Virus record (IMG/VR): IMGVR_UViG_3300044613_002265
DNA: 20,000 nt
Direction: 5' to 3' (one strand)
Source of the DNA: an uncultured virus (IMG/VR IMGVR_UViG_3300044613_002265)
Taxonomy: Duplodnaviria > Heunggongvirae > Uroviricota > Caudoviricetes
Shown: positions 1 through 8,909 of the stretch, piece after piece
How the letters are laid out: the number at the start of each line of letters is the position of its first letter
Position numbering within the stretch: the first letter of the stretch is position 1
The notes under the pieces: generated by a model
Databases searched by the model: none
The model's input: only the letters and a program-made list of their open reading frames with translations
Told to the model about the DNA's origin: nothing
Translations under genes and position numbers: made by a program

Positions 1-1
1 G

Positions 2-1768
2 TTCCATGTACGGCGGGTCGCTCTTCTTTTCGAGGGCGGCCTTTGCCGCACCGATGATTCCTCCTGCGACGGCACCAACTCCGGCACCAGCGGCGCCACC
101 TGGGACGGCTCCGATCGCCGCCCCGATCGCCGCCCCTTTTGCTGCGCTGCTGGCTACGCCTGAGCCTCCAGTGTCTGGCCTGTCCTTCTTGGCGCCTTTT
201 TTGCCGCCCCCAGACTTTCCTCTTCCTTTGCTCCCGCCGCTGCCAGCGCTGCACGAGTTGTCGATTCCTCCGTCTGGGCCGGTCGCACAGAACGCCCGCT
301 CTTCGAGGAACTTCTTCGTCTTCGCCAACTCTTCGGCGACCTTAGCCTTGGTCTGGTTGCGGGAATCAGCGTGTCCAGACTTCTGGAACTGCTGATAACT
401 CCGCTTGGCTACTGCAACAGTGGCGTCGCCATAAGCAGGGTACGTGACCGGGCCGCAGTCCAGCAGTGACTTGATCCTGGTGACAAGTCTCGTTGACCGG
501 CCGTTCTCGTAACTCCACTTCTCGCCGCCTTCTGCCACGACGAAACTGAAACTTGAGCCACGCAAGTCTCCGCGAGAAATCGACTCGGCCAAATCAGCCC
601 GCGACTCTGGCAGCAGACACTCGTACCGAAGGCCCTTCTCGTCGACGGTCATCTTCATCGTCGTCGGAAAGCGGCCCAGGAGATGGTTTGGGTCGTGGTT
701 GAACAGGCAGCGAGTCTCTAGCGGCCTCCCCTCGCCGTCCTCGCGGCTCTCGACAAGCGAGAACGCACTCGGATCAATTCTCTCGACAAAGTCCCCGAGA
801 AGCAACGAATCTTTCCCAAAGCGGGCCGCGTACCCGATAACGTAGGTCTGCGGCTTGCCAGTGTTCGGATCAGCCCGCTTCTCGACTCGAAGCAAATCGG
901 GGTCGGCCTTCTCGACGTTACTGAAGTTGCCAAGAAACCGACGCTCGACGTTGGGCAGCACAGGGGCACTCCTTTGCTCTGATGAAAAATACCGCTCGAC
1001 AGCCTCTCGCAACTCCTCCGCGACGGGCTGGCGGTCTGGGTCTTCCTCGATTCGCTTCAGGCACTCCTCCTTCGGAGTGTCGACGTGGATGTACTCGACC
1101 GGAATGTCGGACAGTTGGCCCTTCATCTCGTCGCCGATGTTTGTGGTGATGATCCACGTCTTGTCGACTGTCGGCTTCCGGAGGGCCTTTTTGATGATAA
1201 GGGCTCTGATATCCGTACAATAAGAGATCAGGTTCTTGTTTTTCTGGTGCGGCGGCAGACCTGACAGGGCGCTCATCACCTTGTCGAAGTCGAAGATCAC
1301 GTCGTTGTCGCCTTTGTGCTGCATCACGTAGGACGTCTTGCCGCTGGCTGGGGCTCCGTGGACGACAAAGACGTTGGGCTTGATGCCCTGCGTCGAGCCG
1401 AATGGCCGCAGCGACCGCCCCTCCTTCTCGTCGGCGGCGTTCATCTGCTCGACGACCTTGCGAGCGTACGCCCGCCCCGCGTCGGAGCCCCACAGAGCCC
1501 ACGCGATTCGCCCGTTGGACGGGAAGCCATCGTCTCCTGGGTTCCAGCCCTCGCCCTTCTTGTCGATCTCGTGGCGATCAAAGAAGGCCTTCATTCGACG
1601 AACGGTGGATGGCGAGAGTTGCGTGCCGTTCGACAAGTCTCGCGCACGGGCAATGCCAACGGCCGTGCCGCCGCGTCCATGCTCACGCCGCCAGGCGAGG
1701 CCCTTCTCGGCCTCTTTGCGGACGCCGTCGGGCGGGGTGAAGTCGATGTGGGAGTATTTTTCAGGCAT
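2..1768 (-). CDS. HK97-family prohead protease polyprotein, 3' end beyond window: N-terminal phage domain + P-loop kinase/AAA-like domain + prohead protease + Cys-tag + glycine-zipper-like cargo
   Basis: Absent from the ORF track because it has no stop in the window. Read manually from ATG 1768 (overlapping the end of the giant ORF): MPEKYSHIDFTPPDGVRKEAEKGLAW...RIAWALWG; Walker A GAPASGKT (1334-1357); protease motifs GYAARF, LFNHD, GSSFSF, GPVTYPAY (~400-870); then RAFCATGPDGGIDNSC (Cys pair 251-289) and GAAIGAAIGAVPGGAAGAGVGAVAGGIIG. Confidence 0.88.
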   Translation of the reverse strand, partial: MPEKYSHIDFTPPDGVRKEAEKGLAWRREHGRGGTAVGIARARDLSNGTQLSPSTVRRMKAFFDRHEIDKKGEGWNPGDDGFPSNGRIAWALWGSDAGRAYARKVVEQMNAADEKEGRSLRPFGSTQGIKPNVFVVHGAPASGKTSYVMQHKGDNDVIFDFDKVMSALSGLPPHQKNKNLISYCTDIRALIIKKALRKPTVDKTWIITTNIGDEMKGQLSDIPVEYIHVDTPKEECLKRIEEDPDRQPVAEELREAVERYFSSEQRSAPVLPNVERRFLGNFSNVEKADPDLLRVEKRADPNTGKPQTYVIGYAARFGKDSLLLGDFVERIDPSAFSLVESREDGEGRPLETRCLFNHDPNHLLGRFPTTMKMTVDEKGLRYECLLPESRADLAESISRGDLRGSSFSFVVAEGGEKWSYENGRSTRLVTRIKSLLDCGPVTYPAYGDATVAVAKRSYQQFQKSGHADSRNQTKAKVAEELAKTKKFLEERAFCATGPDGGIDNSCSAGSGGSKGRGKSGGGKKGAKKDRPDTGGSGVASSAAKGAAIGAAIGAVPGGAAGAGVGAVAGGIIGAAKAALEKKSDPPYME

Positions 1769-4700
1769 CGTTCCACTCATAGTCGTCCAGTTCCCCGTCG
1801 TCCCAAATCTCGTTCCACATTTCGTCAAGCCGCAGCATGTCCTCGGGAGACAGCCACTCGTCGCCAGACCCGAGCGGCATTTCGCGACGATCGGTGCCGA
1901 ACTTCTTGATGAAGCGGTCCATGATCTTGGACTGCGGACTCGACCTGTCCGTGAGATCGAACTTCACGTCGAGGTCTTCTCCGTTGTCTCGCCACCAGCG
2001 GGTGCCGTCGGGCGTGGCGTGCAGATCGAGAAGAGACTTGGCGTGAGACAAGTCTGGCGGCAGTTTGGCCTTGATGCTCGACGGGAGTGGCGCGTCGAAG
2101 CCCATGCGGGGCCAGATCGTGTAGCCTCGCCACGGTGTCGACGTCAGGCTCCCCTTCGTGGCCGACGAGTTACCGGCCGCATTGAGGACGATGCGAGACA
2201 CGCCCGCTTTGTGTGCTGCCTCCACCGACGAGACCATGGCTCGATAGAACTCTCGGGCGGCGGCGTGCCGCTTCGCGTCGTCCTGCTTGATCGAGTCTGA
2301 CACGTTGACAGTGCTGTGATAGACGACAGTCTCGCCAGCCGCCGTGACGCCGATCACTGACGAGCCGTGCAGGCCGCTTTCGACCCCGGCGAAGTCCCGC
2401 TCGAAGGCGAACATCACAGGCGTGACTTTCGAGCCTGGGAACTCCACGGAGAAGTCTGGGGCAGGGCGGACGAACACGTCAGACTCGTCGCTGCCACCGG
2501 CGACCATGGGGGCCAACTTCGGGTCGACGCCAGCCGCATCCAGTGATGCCTTCACTGCTTTCGGCGATGAGATGTCGATCGAGCCGTACCGGCCGTCGCC
2601 AATCGGCGGCGGCGACGAGTCTCGGGAGGACGCGGGCCATGTTGCCGACTCGTTGCTCGACCACGTTCCGCTGGACGATGGAGGCGAGGCCGTGGCGGGT
2701 CCGCCGCTGCTGCCCTCGGCCGCGCAGTCGTTGCCGCTGCCGAATCGCCCGCCCTCGTCGCGGCCGCAGTCGGCCGACCGCTGCTCGGTCGCTGGCCGCA
2801 TCAGCCACGGCCGCACCTTGAGGTGCTGGTATCCGAGCGGCTCGTCGCCCTCGTCTTCGGCGTCGACGGCTCGGCGGGCCTTCCGGTTCCGCTTCGCCAA
2901 CTCTGCCTTGATGATCTCGGGGCCAATCTTCGAGGCGTAGGCGTTTTGGGCGGCGTAGTTGCCGGTCTTCTCGTACACGGCGTTCTGGCCGAACGTCTCA
3001 GCGAACAGGGCAGGCCACGCGCCTTCGGGAAGCGTCGAGGCATGGGTCAGCATGCCGTTGTACTCGCCGTTGGTTGAGAACGAGTAGCCGCCGCGAACGT
3101 GCGCGACCATGTCATGGACGACACGGAACAGGTCGTTGGCGATCATGGGCTCGCCATCGGCAGTCTTGTACTTCGTCTCGCGAAGCATCGGGTGGTCGGG
3201 CGTGGCCGAGCCAGTGCCGAATCCTCGCTCGGTCATAAAGAACGAGAACTCGCCGGTCTTGGCGACCTCTTCTCGCATCTTGTCCGAGTTTGGCTTCGTG
3301 CTGCCCGGCGGGTCGCCGTACGGTTCGCCTTCGCCTCTCCAGGCCCTGACCTTGAGCCCTGCCGCCACGAGGGCCTCGTACTGCCTGCCGATCTCGTCGA
3401 CGAGGTCGGCGTAGGACTTCTCGGCCTCTGGAGTCAGCGACGACCCAGAAGACGTCTGCTCGTCGGCGGCCGACGTGAGAATCTTTTCAGGCGGCGTGTC
3501 CGCGCGACCCTTTGCCCTGTCCCAGACAGACTTCGGATCGGGCGAGACGGAGTCGATGGCGTCGCGGAACTTATCGGAGCCGCGAGGGAAGGACTTGGGC
3601 AGCGACTCCTGCGTGCGGCCAGGCGAGCCTGCCGCAGGCGAGCCGTCGTCAGAGCCGCACGAGTTGTCGACCCCGCCGCCGTCGCCAGTGGGGCAGAAGG
3701 CCCTCTTCTGCTTGCGCTTCGACAGGTCAATGAAGTAGGCTTGGCTTCCGGCGTCTTGTGTCCCAACATGATCATCGCTCAGAAGGTGCGAGACATCGGA
3801 CTTCTTGATTCGTATGATCGCCGCTGGTGGCGGGTCGTCAGACGAGTGAAACAGATGTTCCTCGATCTTGCTCTTCCACGCCGCAAGCCCGCTCTTTTCT
3901 GTGAAGAACACCTTGCCTTTTGAGTAGTTCTCGTAGGCGCCGCCCTTGACTGTTGCCTTGGAGCCAAGCGGCCTTGAGAACCCGTCGGAAAGGATTTTCT
4001 TTGCGTTCTCTTCTGTCGTCACATGATAGATGTAGCCGTCGTCTTGATCTACGAACGACGGCTCTCCTCTGAACAGTTCCGCTGACTGCGCCTTGAGTTT
4101 TCCGTCGGTGGCGCTGCACGAGTTGTCGAGCCCGCCGCCGTCGCCCGTGGGGCAGAAGGCGCGAGACTCCTTGGCTCGCTTGGTCAGGAACTCGACCGCG
4201 AGGTCGGCGAACTCATCGTCGTCCATGCTCGCGATGAAGTCCGCGAACAGAGCCTGCTCGGGGCCGCCCTTCTGGTCGGAATACAGAGGCAGGCTCATCG
4301 GCTCGGCGATGACTCCGAGAGAACGCTTGCTCTCTCGCCGCCGCTTCTGGTAGTTCGCTGGCTCGGTGACGATCTTGCGGATCACTTCCGAGTAGAGCGA
4401 GGGCTCGCCTGGGACCGTGGTCGTGCGAGACCCAAGCGTGCCCCACGCATCCTGCTCGTCCTGCCACAGGATGTCCTGCATGTAGGCGACCGAGACTCCG
4501 GTTCTCTTGGCGGCTTCACGCATCGCGCGGATCATGTTCGCCCGCATGACAGACGTCGTAGGCGCCCGCATGACGTTGGCTTGGTTTTTCAGGATGGCAA
4601 CAGCCAAGCGATCCAGTTTGTATCGCTCGGCTGTGCCGGTTCCGTTTTTGGGATTCGGGAACTTGTCCTTCTTGTACTGCTTGTCTCTCGCCTCGGCCCA

Positions 4701-7700
4701 GTCTGCGATCTGCTGCGGAATGACGCCAGTCCTCTTCATCTGCGCGACGAGCGTCCGGAACTGCCTACCGTCCAAGCCCATCGCAGCGAGTTCTTTGCGG
4801 GGGATGTCCTTGGTCGACGCCATCAAGTCCGAGGCATGCTTCTTCGCGAGAGACTCCGAAGACTTGGACACCAACTCGCCTGAGAGCCTGCCCCACGTTC
4901 GCGTGAACCAGATGTCAGCGGTGAGGGCCTCATCGTCGCCGGTGTTGTTGGCGAAGAACGGGCCAACTTTAGGACCGAAGATGCTGAACGGCGGGACAAC
5001 TTCGGCGACGGCGTAGTCGTTCGCCTTGTAGCGATCGCCTTCGGTGCCAGGAACCTTCGAGAGGAAGAACTTCTCGAAGTCGCTGACCTTGATCGGCGGC
5101 CCGGTGAATATCCGGCGAGCCTCCTCAAGGCCGACGCGGTCGATGATCTTCTGGAGTCTCGCGAAGTCAGCGAGCGTGTTCTCGGCTCCGGCTCCGGCAA
5201 TGCGAATGCCGCTGCCGAGTTTCGCCTTGCTCGGGTCTGGCTCCTCGAAGAACGCCGTCAGCACGGCGTCCGCCCGGAGCATGTTCTCGTACGGGTTGGC
5301 TTCCGGTGAAGTCAAAGCCTGAGCGGCACGGAACAGAAACTCTGCCTGCGGCGAGATGCCTTCAGACGGCTCGCACTCTCCGTTGGGGCCCTCGACGCCG
5401 ACGCAGAATCCTGACGCTGTCCTGCCGCCTCGCATGAGCGGCTGAATCTTGGCGTACTCTTCGATCTGTGTCCGGCGGTCCTCTGGGCTGTAGAAGTTGG
5501 GCGAGACTCCGCGAGCCCGCGCGGACTCGACCTGGGACACGATGCCAGACACCATGTACTCGAAGTCATCTCCTTCGAGCGGCTTCGTAGTGTCGATGGT
5601 GCGGCCACGATGCTCGGCCTGCCTGGCGACGAGGTAGTTGCCGACCGAGATCGGGTCGATCTCGTCCTTGCCTGCAAGTCCACGCACTGGCGTGGCGCCT
5701 GGGACGGACGTGGAAAGAATCTTCTTGCCGTCGTCGCTCCGCTTGGTTGGGCTCTTCTCGACAGACTCCTTGAAGACGTCGACGTGGCTCGCGCCAGGCG
5801 TCCACTTGAGCGGCTCCTTGGCTGGCTCCTCAGACTTCTTCGCAGCGCGGGGTTTCTTCTCTTTTTCCTTCGACGGCGATCCGTCGCCCTTCGCGCAGTC
5901 ATTGCCCTTGGCGAACTGGCCGCTCTCGGTCTGCTCGCAGTCGTCGCGACGCTCGACGCCATCGTCGAACGCACTGCGAGTCTTGTTGCGTTCCTTCAGC
6001 CGGGCAAGCATCTTCTTCATTCGCTCGAAACGCTTGTAGCCAGCATTGGTCTGGTCGGTGAAGTCGAGCGTCAGTTCAATCGTCGTGCCGTTCTCGTTCC
6101 ACCAGCGATCGCCTTCGGGCGTGGCGATCAAGTCCTGAACGGTCATCTGGCCTGTGAGTGCCCTACGCTTCTGGTACGGCGTGAGTTTGATGTCCTCCTT
6201 GATGGCGTCGATGTCGGCCCTATCGAGTTCGCCATCGAAACCAAACTGCGGCCACAGCCGATATCCTTGCAGGGCACTGGTCGACGTTCCGGCGGCGATC
6301 GTGTCGGCCCGGATTGCTCCAGACTCCTCGGCGACAGAGAGCGACTCCGTCATTCGCTCCAACACGAGACTGACGATTCGACGCCTGTCGGCCGAGTCAT
6401 CTTCCAAGTCTCCGCTGATGGATGACATGGCGGCAGAATCCAGCGACATGCTGTCGTAGTTGACGACGAGATACCCGTCGTCGTCCTTCATCAGCGACAC
6501 CATGTTCTTGATGTTGCCAAGACGACCAGAGCCGTCCGGCGCAACTGGAATCGCGGAGTTGACGATAATGGAGTCGCCGAAGGCGTCGATTCCGACTGAT
6601 CCGCCCTGACGAACGCCGCCGCTGATTGCGACAACGTCCTTGACGCCTTTGACTCTCCCGAAGTCAGAGAGCGTGTCCTTCAGAGACTGGACATCGTTCA
6701 CGGAGAACGAATCGAGGACTTCGGCGCCCTTGAACGGCGGCGACGACGAAATGGCTTCCGCGTCCATGTCGACGCTCTCTTCGTCCTCCCACGACGAGCC
6801 ATCGCTGGCGCAGTCGTTGCCGCTTCCAAACCGGCCTCCATCGACCCGACCGCAGTCAGCCCCGGCCCTGAACTCAGCCTCTTCTTCGAGCCACTCGAAG
6901 AACGCCCGCGACTGATTTCGCTCCTTGAGCCTCTTGAGCCGCGACGTTTGTTTCTGGAACTTGGCGTAGCCGAGGCTCTTCTTGTCCGACAGGTCGAGAG
7001 TCATGCTCAGAGTTGTGCCGTTCTCGTTCCACCAGACGTCGCCTTCGTGGAATGAGACGAGGTGCTGCACGGTGATGTCGCTGTGAGGCAGGGCCGCGAC
7101 AAGGGCAGCGTGCGATGGCGTGATCCGCGTCGCAAAAAGATCGGGCCTCGCAGTCCGCATCAACTTCTCGACCACTGCCTGCGGGGCCTGGGAGAGCGAA
7201 TGCTTGCTGCTCTTGTCGAGCATGGCATCGAATCCAAACTGCGGCCACAGGCGATATCCCTTGAGTTCATACTCGGGGCCGCCAGCGGCACTCATCTTGA
7301 CCTTCGAGATTCCTGTCTTTTCGACGCTGGCGATCGCCTCGATAACAGCCTGCTGCATAAGGCTAGTGGCTTTTGCGACCCTCTCGCGAGTGGCAGTCGC
7401 AGCCTTGTCTGGGTACATGCCGTTGAAGCCAAGCACATACTCTCCGTCGTCCCGATACACAGCGACGTTGACGTCAAATTGGCCTTCCGAATCACTGCCA
7501 TCGCGGGCAAGCGGGATTTCGTTATCAATGGTGATGAAGGCGCCGGTGCCGTCGTTGCCGCCTGACGCTCCAAAGAACGTCACCTTACTCCCGCGAATTG
7601 TCGCGCCGCTCATGGCAGCGAGTTCGTCGAGCGACTTGATGCCAGCGTCAGACATTCCATCCGCAAGTCCCTGCGGGTTTGGAATAGCGACGCTTCCTGC

Positions 7701-8909
7701 TTTGTCTGCACCTGTGAATGGCGGCTTGTCTTTGAGCCCATCGCCAGAGATAGATAGAGACGACTTCGACTCCTTCCACGAGTCGTCCGCCTTGGCGGGA
7801 GCCGCAGAAGACTGGCCGCCTGGGCTGCACGTATTGTCGATGCCGCCGCCTTCGCCTGTTGGGCAGTAGGCACGCAACTCAGCCCAGTCGCCATCAAGCA
7901 GGGCTCTAGCCTCGGCGTCAAAGAAGGCGTCAGTCAAGTCCAGGCCTCGCTTCGAGAACCTGTCACGCAGGGACTTGAATCGCTTCCAGCCAGGATCGCT
8001 GTTGCTGCCGACGGCGAGCGACATCTCCATCTCGCCGCCGTTCTCTTCCCACCACTCCTGGCCCTCCTTGGTCTCGTACAGAGACTGGATCGTCAAGGCT
8101 CCTGCGGCCTTCTCTTTGCGAGCGCGAGGCGAGAGAATCTTGTCTGGGATGCCGCTGCCGTAGGAGTTGAAGAACCCAGTTGCGAGCGACCATGTGGGCG
8201 TGACATGCCTGCGTGGAATCACGCCGTTGAAGCCGAGCCTCGGCCAGATGCGATAGCCCTTGAAGTCAGAGTTCTTGCCGCTATCACCGGCGGCCAGCAT
8301 CTCGACCCTGTCGACGCCGATCTTCTCAGCCTGCGTAATGCTTGCGATCGCGCCCTTCATCATGTGACGAGCGACGGCGACGCTGGCTTTCTGCTTGGCC
8401 TCGTCGCTGATCATCAGCATCGTGTAGGACATGACGAGTCCGTCTTCTTCGGTCCTCGTCAGCGATGCGGCAGTCCGAGCAGCGCCCTCGATGCCAGCCA
8501 CGGGCATCTCGCTCGTGAACGTCACGGTGTCTTCGATGTACCGCTCCGGGTCATCGCTTCCCATGAACTCGATGATCTCAAGCAGCCCGCCGTGGGATAT
8601 CGTGACCTGGGCCTCCGGGTCGAGGGCCGCGCATGCTCTGGCCGCTTGATCAAGCGTGACGCCGACCTCGCGGAGCGACTTGTTGACCAGTTCGCCGTCC
8701 ATGATGACGACTGCCTTCACGCCAGCGAGCGACTTGGCCGGAGGAGACTGCTTCAGGTCATCACCGGCAATGCGAACTGGTCCCTGCTCCCGCTTCCACG
8801 AGTTGTCGGTCCTTGCTCCGCTGCCGTCCTGCGACGAGCAGTCGTTCTTGACGCCGCCGCCGTCGCCGGTGGGGCAGAATGCCCGGTACTCTTCTTCCAG
8901 AAAAATCAC
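1761..8909 (-). CDS. Giant (~2382 aa) multidomain polyvalent-type protein between portal and protease: 4 paralogous GNAT-like domains, a glycosylase-like domain, an ADP-ribosyltransferase-like domain and a metallopeptidase-like domain, each introduced by a Cys-tag
   Basis: Uninterrupted 2406-codon ORF. The likely start is GTG 8909, which overlaps the portal stop (GTGA). Seven C-x11-C or C-x13-C tags divide it into modules, and GY(R/T)(I/L)WP(R/Q)xGF...WWx(E/D)NG occurs four times. Confidence 0.85.
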   Translation of the reverse strand: MIFLEEEYRAFCPTGDGGGVKNDCSSQDGSGARTDNSWKREQGPVRIAGDDLKQSPPAKSLAGVKAVVIMDGELVNKSLREVGVTLDQAARACAALDPEAQVTISHGGLLEIIEFMGSDDPERYIEDTVTFTSEMPVAGIEGAARTAASLTRTEEDGLVMSYTMLMISDEAKQKASVAVARHMMKGAIASITQAEKIGVDRVEMLAAGDSGKNSDFKGYRIWPRLGFNGVIPRRHVTPTWSLATGFFNSYGSGIPDKILSPRARKEKAAGALTIQSLYETKEGQEWWEENGGEMEMSLAVGSNSDPGWKRFKSLRDRFSKRGLDLTDAFFDAEARALLDGDWAELRAYCPTGEGGGIDNTCSPGGQSSAAPAKADDSWKESKSSLSISGDGLKDKPPFTGADKAGSVAIPNPQGLADGMSDAGIKSLDELAAMSGATIRGSKVTFFGASGGNDGTGAFITIDNEIPLARDGSDSEGQFDVNVAVYRDDGEYVLGFNGMYPDKAATATRERVAKATSLMQQAVIEAIASVEKTGISKVKMSAAGGPEYELKGYRLWPQFGFDAMLDKSSKHSLSQAPQAVVEKLMRTARPDLFATRITPSHAALVAALPHSDITVQHLVSFHEGDVWWNENGTTLSMTLDLSDKKSLGYAKFQKQTSRLKRLKERNQSRAFFEWLEEEAEFRAGADCGRVDGGRFGSGNDCASDGSSWEDEESVDMDAEAISSSPPFKGAEVLDSFSVNDVQSLKDTLSDFGRVKGVKDVVAISGGVRQGGSVGIDAFGDSIIVNSAIPVAPDGSGRLGNIKNMVSLMKDDDGYLVVNYDSMSLDSAAMSSISGDLEDDSADRRRIVSLVLERMTESLSVAEESGAIRADTIAAGTSTSALQGYRLWPQFGFDGELDRADIDAIKEDIKLTPYQKRRALTGQMTVQDLIATPEGDRWWNENGTTIELTLDFTDQTNAGYKRFERMKKMLARLKERNKTRSAFDDGVERRDDCEQTESGQFAKGNDCAKGDGSPSKEKEKKPRAAKKSEEPAKEPLKWTPGASHVDVFKESVEKSPTKRSDDGKKILSTSVPGATPVRGLAGKDEIDPISVGNYLVARQAEHRGRTIDTTKPLEGDDFEYMVSGIVSQVESARARGVSPNFYSPEDRRTQIEEYAKIQPLMRGGRTASGFCVGVEGPNGECEPSEGISPQAEFLFRAAQALTSPEANPYENMLRADAVLTAFFEEPDPSKAKLGSGIRIAGAGAENTLADFARLQKIIDRVGLEEARRIFTGPPIKVSDFEKFFLSKVPGTEGDRYKANDYAVAEVVPPFSIFGPKVGPFFANNTGDDEALTADIWFTRTWGRLSGELVSKSSESLAKKHASDLMASTKDIPRKELAAMGLDGRQFRTLVAQMKRTGVIPQQIADWAEARDKQYKKDKFPNPKNGTGTAERYKLDRLAVAILKNQANVMRAPTTSVMRANMIRAMREAAKRTGVSVAYMQDILWQDEQDAWGTLGSRTTTVPGEPSLYSEVIRKIVTEPANYQKRRRESKRSLGVIAEPMSLPLYSDQKGGPEQALFADFIASMDDDEFADLAVEFLTKRAKESRAFCPTGDGGGLDNSCSATDGKLKAQSAELFRGEPSFVDQDDGYIYHVTTEENAKKILSDGFSRPLGSKATVKGGAYENYSKGKVFFTEKSGLAAWKSKIEEHLFHSSDDPPPAAIIRIKKSDVSHLLSDDHVGTQDAGSQAYFIDLSKRKQKRAFCPTGDGGGVDNSCGSDDGSPAAGSPGRTQESLPKSFPRGSDKFRDAIDSVSPDPKSVWDRAKGRADTPPEKILTSAADEQTSSGSSLTPEAEKSYADLVDEIGRQYEALVAAGLKVRAWRGEGEPYGDPPGSTKPNSDKMREEVAKTGEFSFFMTERGFGTGSATPDHPMLRETKYKTADGEPMIANDLFRVVHDMVAHVRGGYSFSTNGEYNGMLTHASTLPEGAWPALFAETFGQNAVYEKTGNYAAQNAYASKIGPEIIKAELAKRNRKARRAVDAEDEGDEPLGYQHLKVRPWLMRPATEQRSADCGRDEGGRFGSGNDCAAEGSSGGPATASPPSSSGTWSSNESATWPASSRDSSPPPIGDGRYGSIDISSPKAVKASLDAAGVDPKLAPMVAGGSDESDVFVRPAPDFSVEFPGSKVTPVMFAFERDFAGVESGLHGSSVIGVTAAGETVVYHSTVNVSDSIKQDDAKRHAAAREFYRAMVSSVEAAHKAGVSRIVLNAAGNSSATKGSLTSTPWRGYTIWPRMGFDAPLPSSIKAKLPPDLSHAKSLLDLHATPDGTRWWRDNGEDLDVKFDLTDRSSPQSKIMDRFIKKFGTDRREMPLGSGDEWLSPEDMLRLDEMWNEIWDDGELDDYEWNDA

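Noticed and set aside
5370..5410. CVGVEGPNGEC as a twelfth Cys-tag
   Set aside because: Different spacing, no N-x-C ending, no preceding R|A site, and it lies inside a module.
1761..8909. Calling the giant protein MuF/gp7 or a tape measure protein
   Set aside because: It occupies the MuF slot, but I see no MuF signature or tape-measure-like helical repeats.
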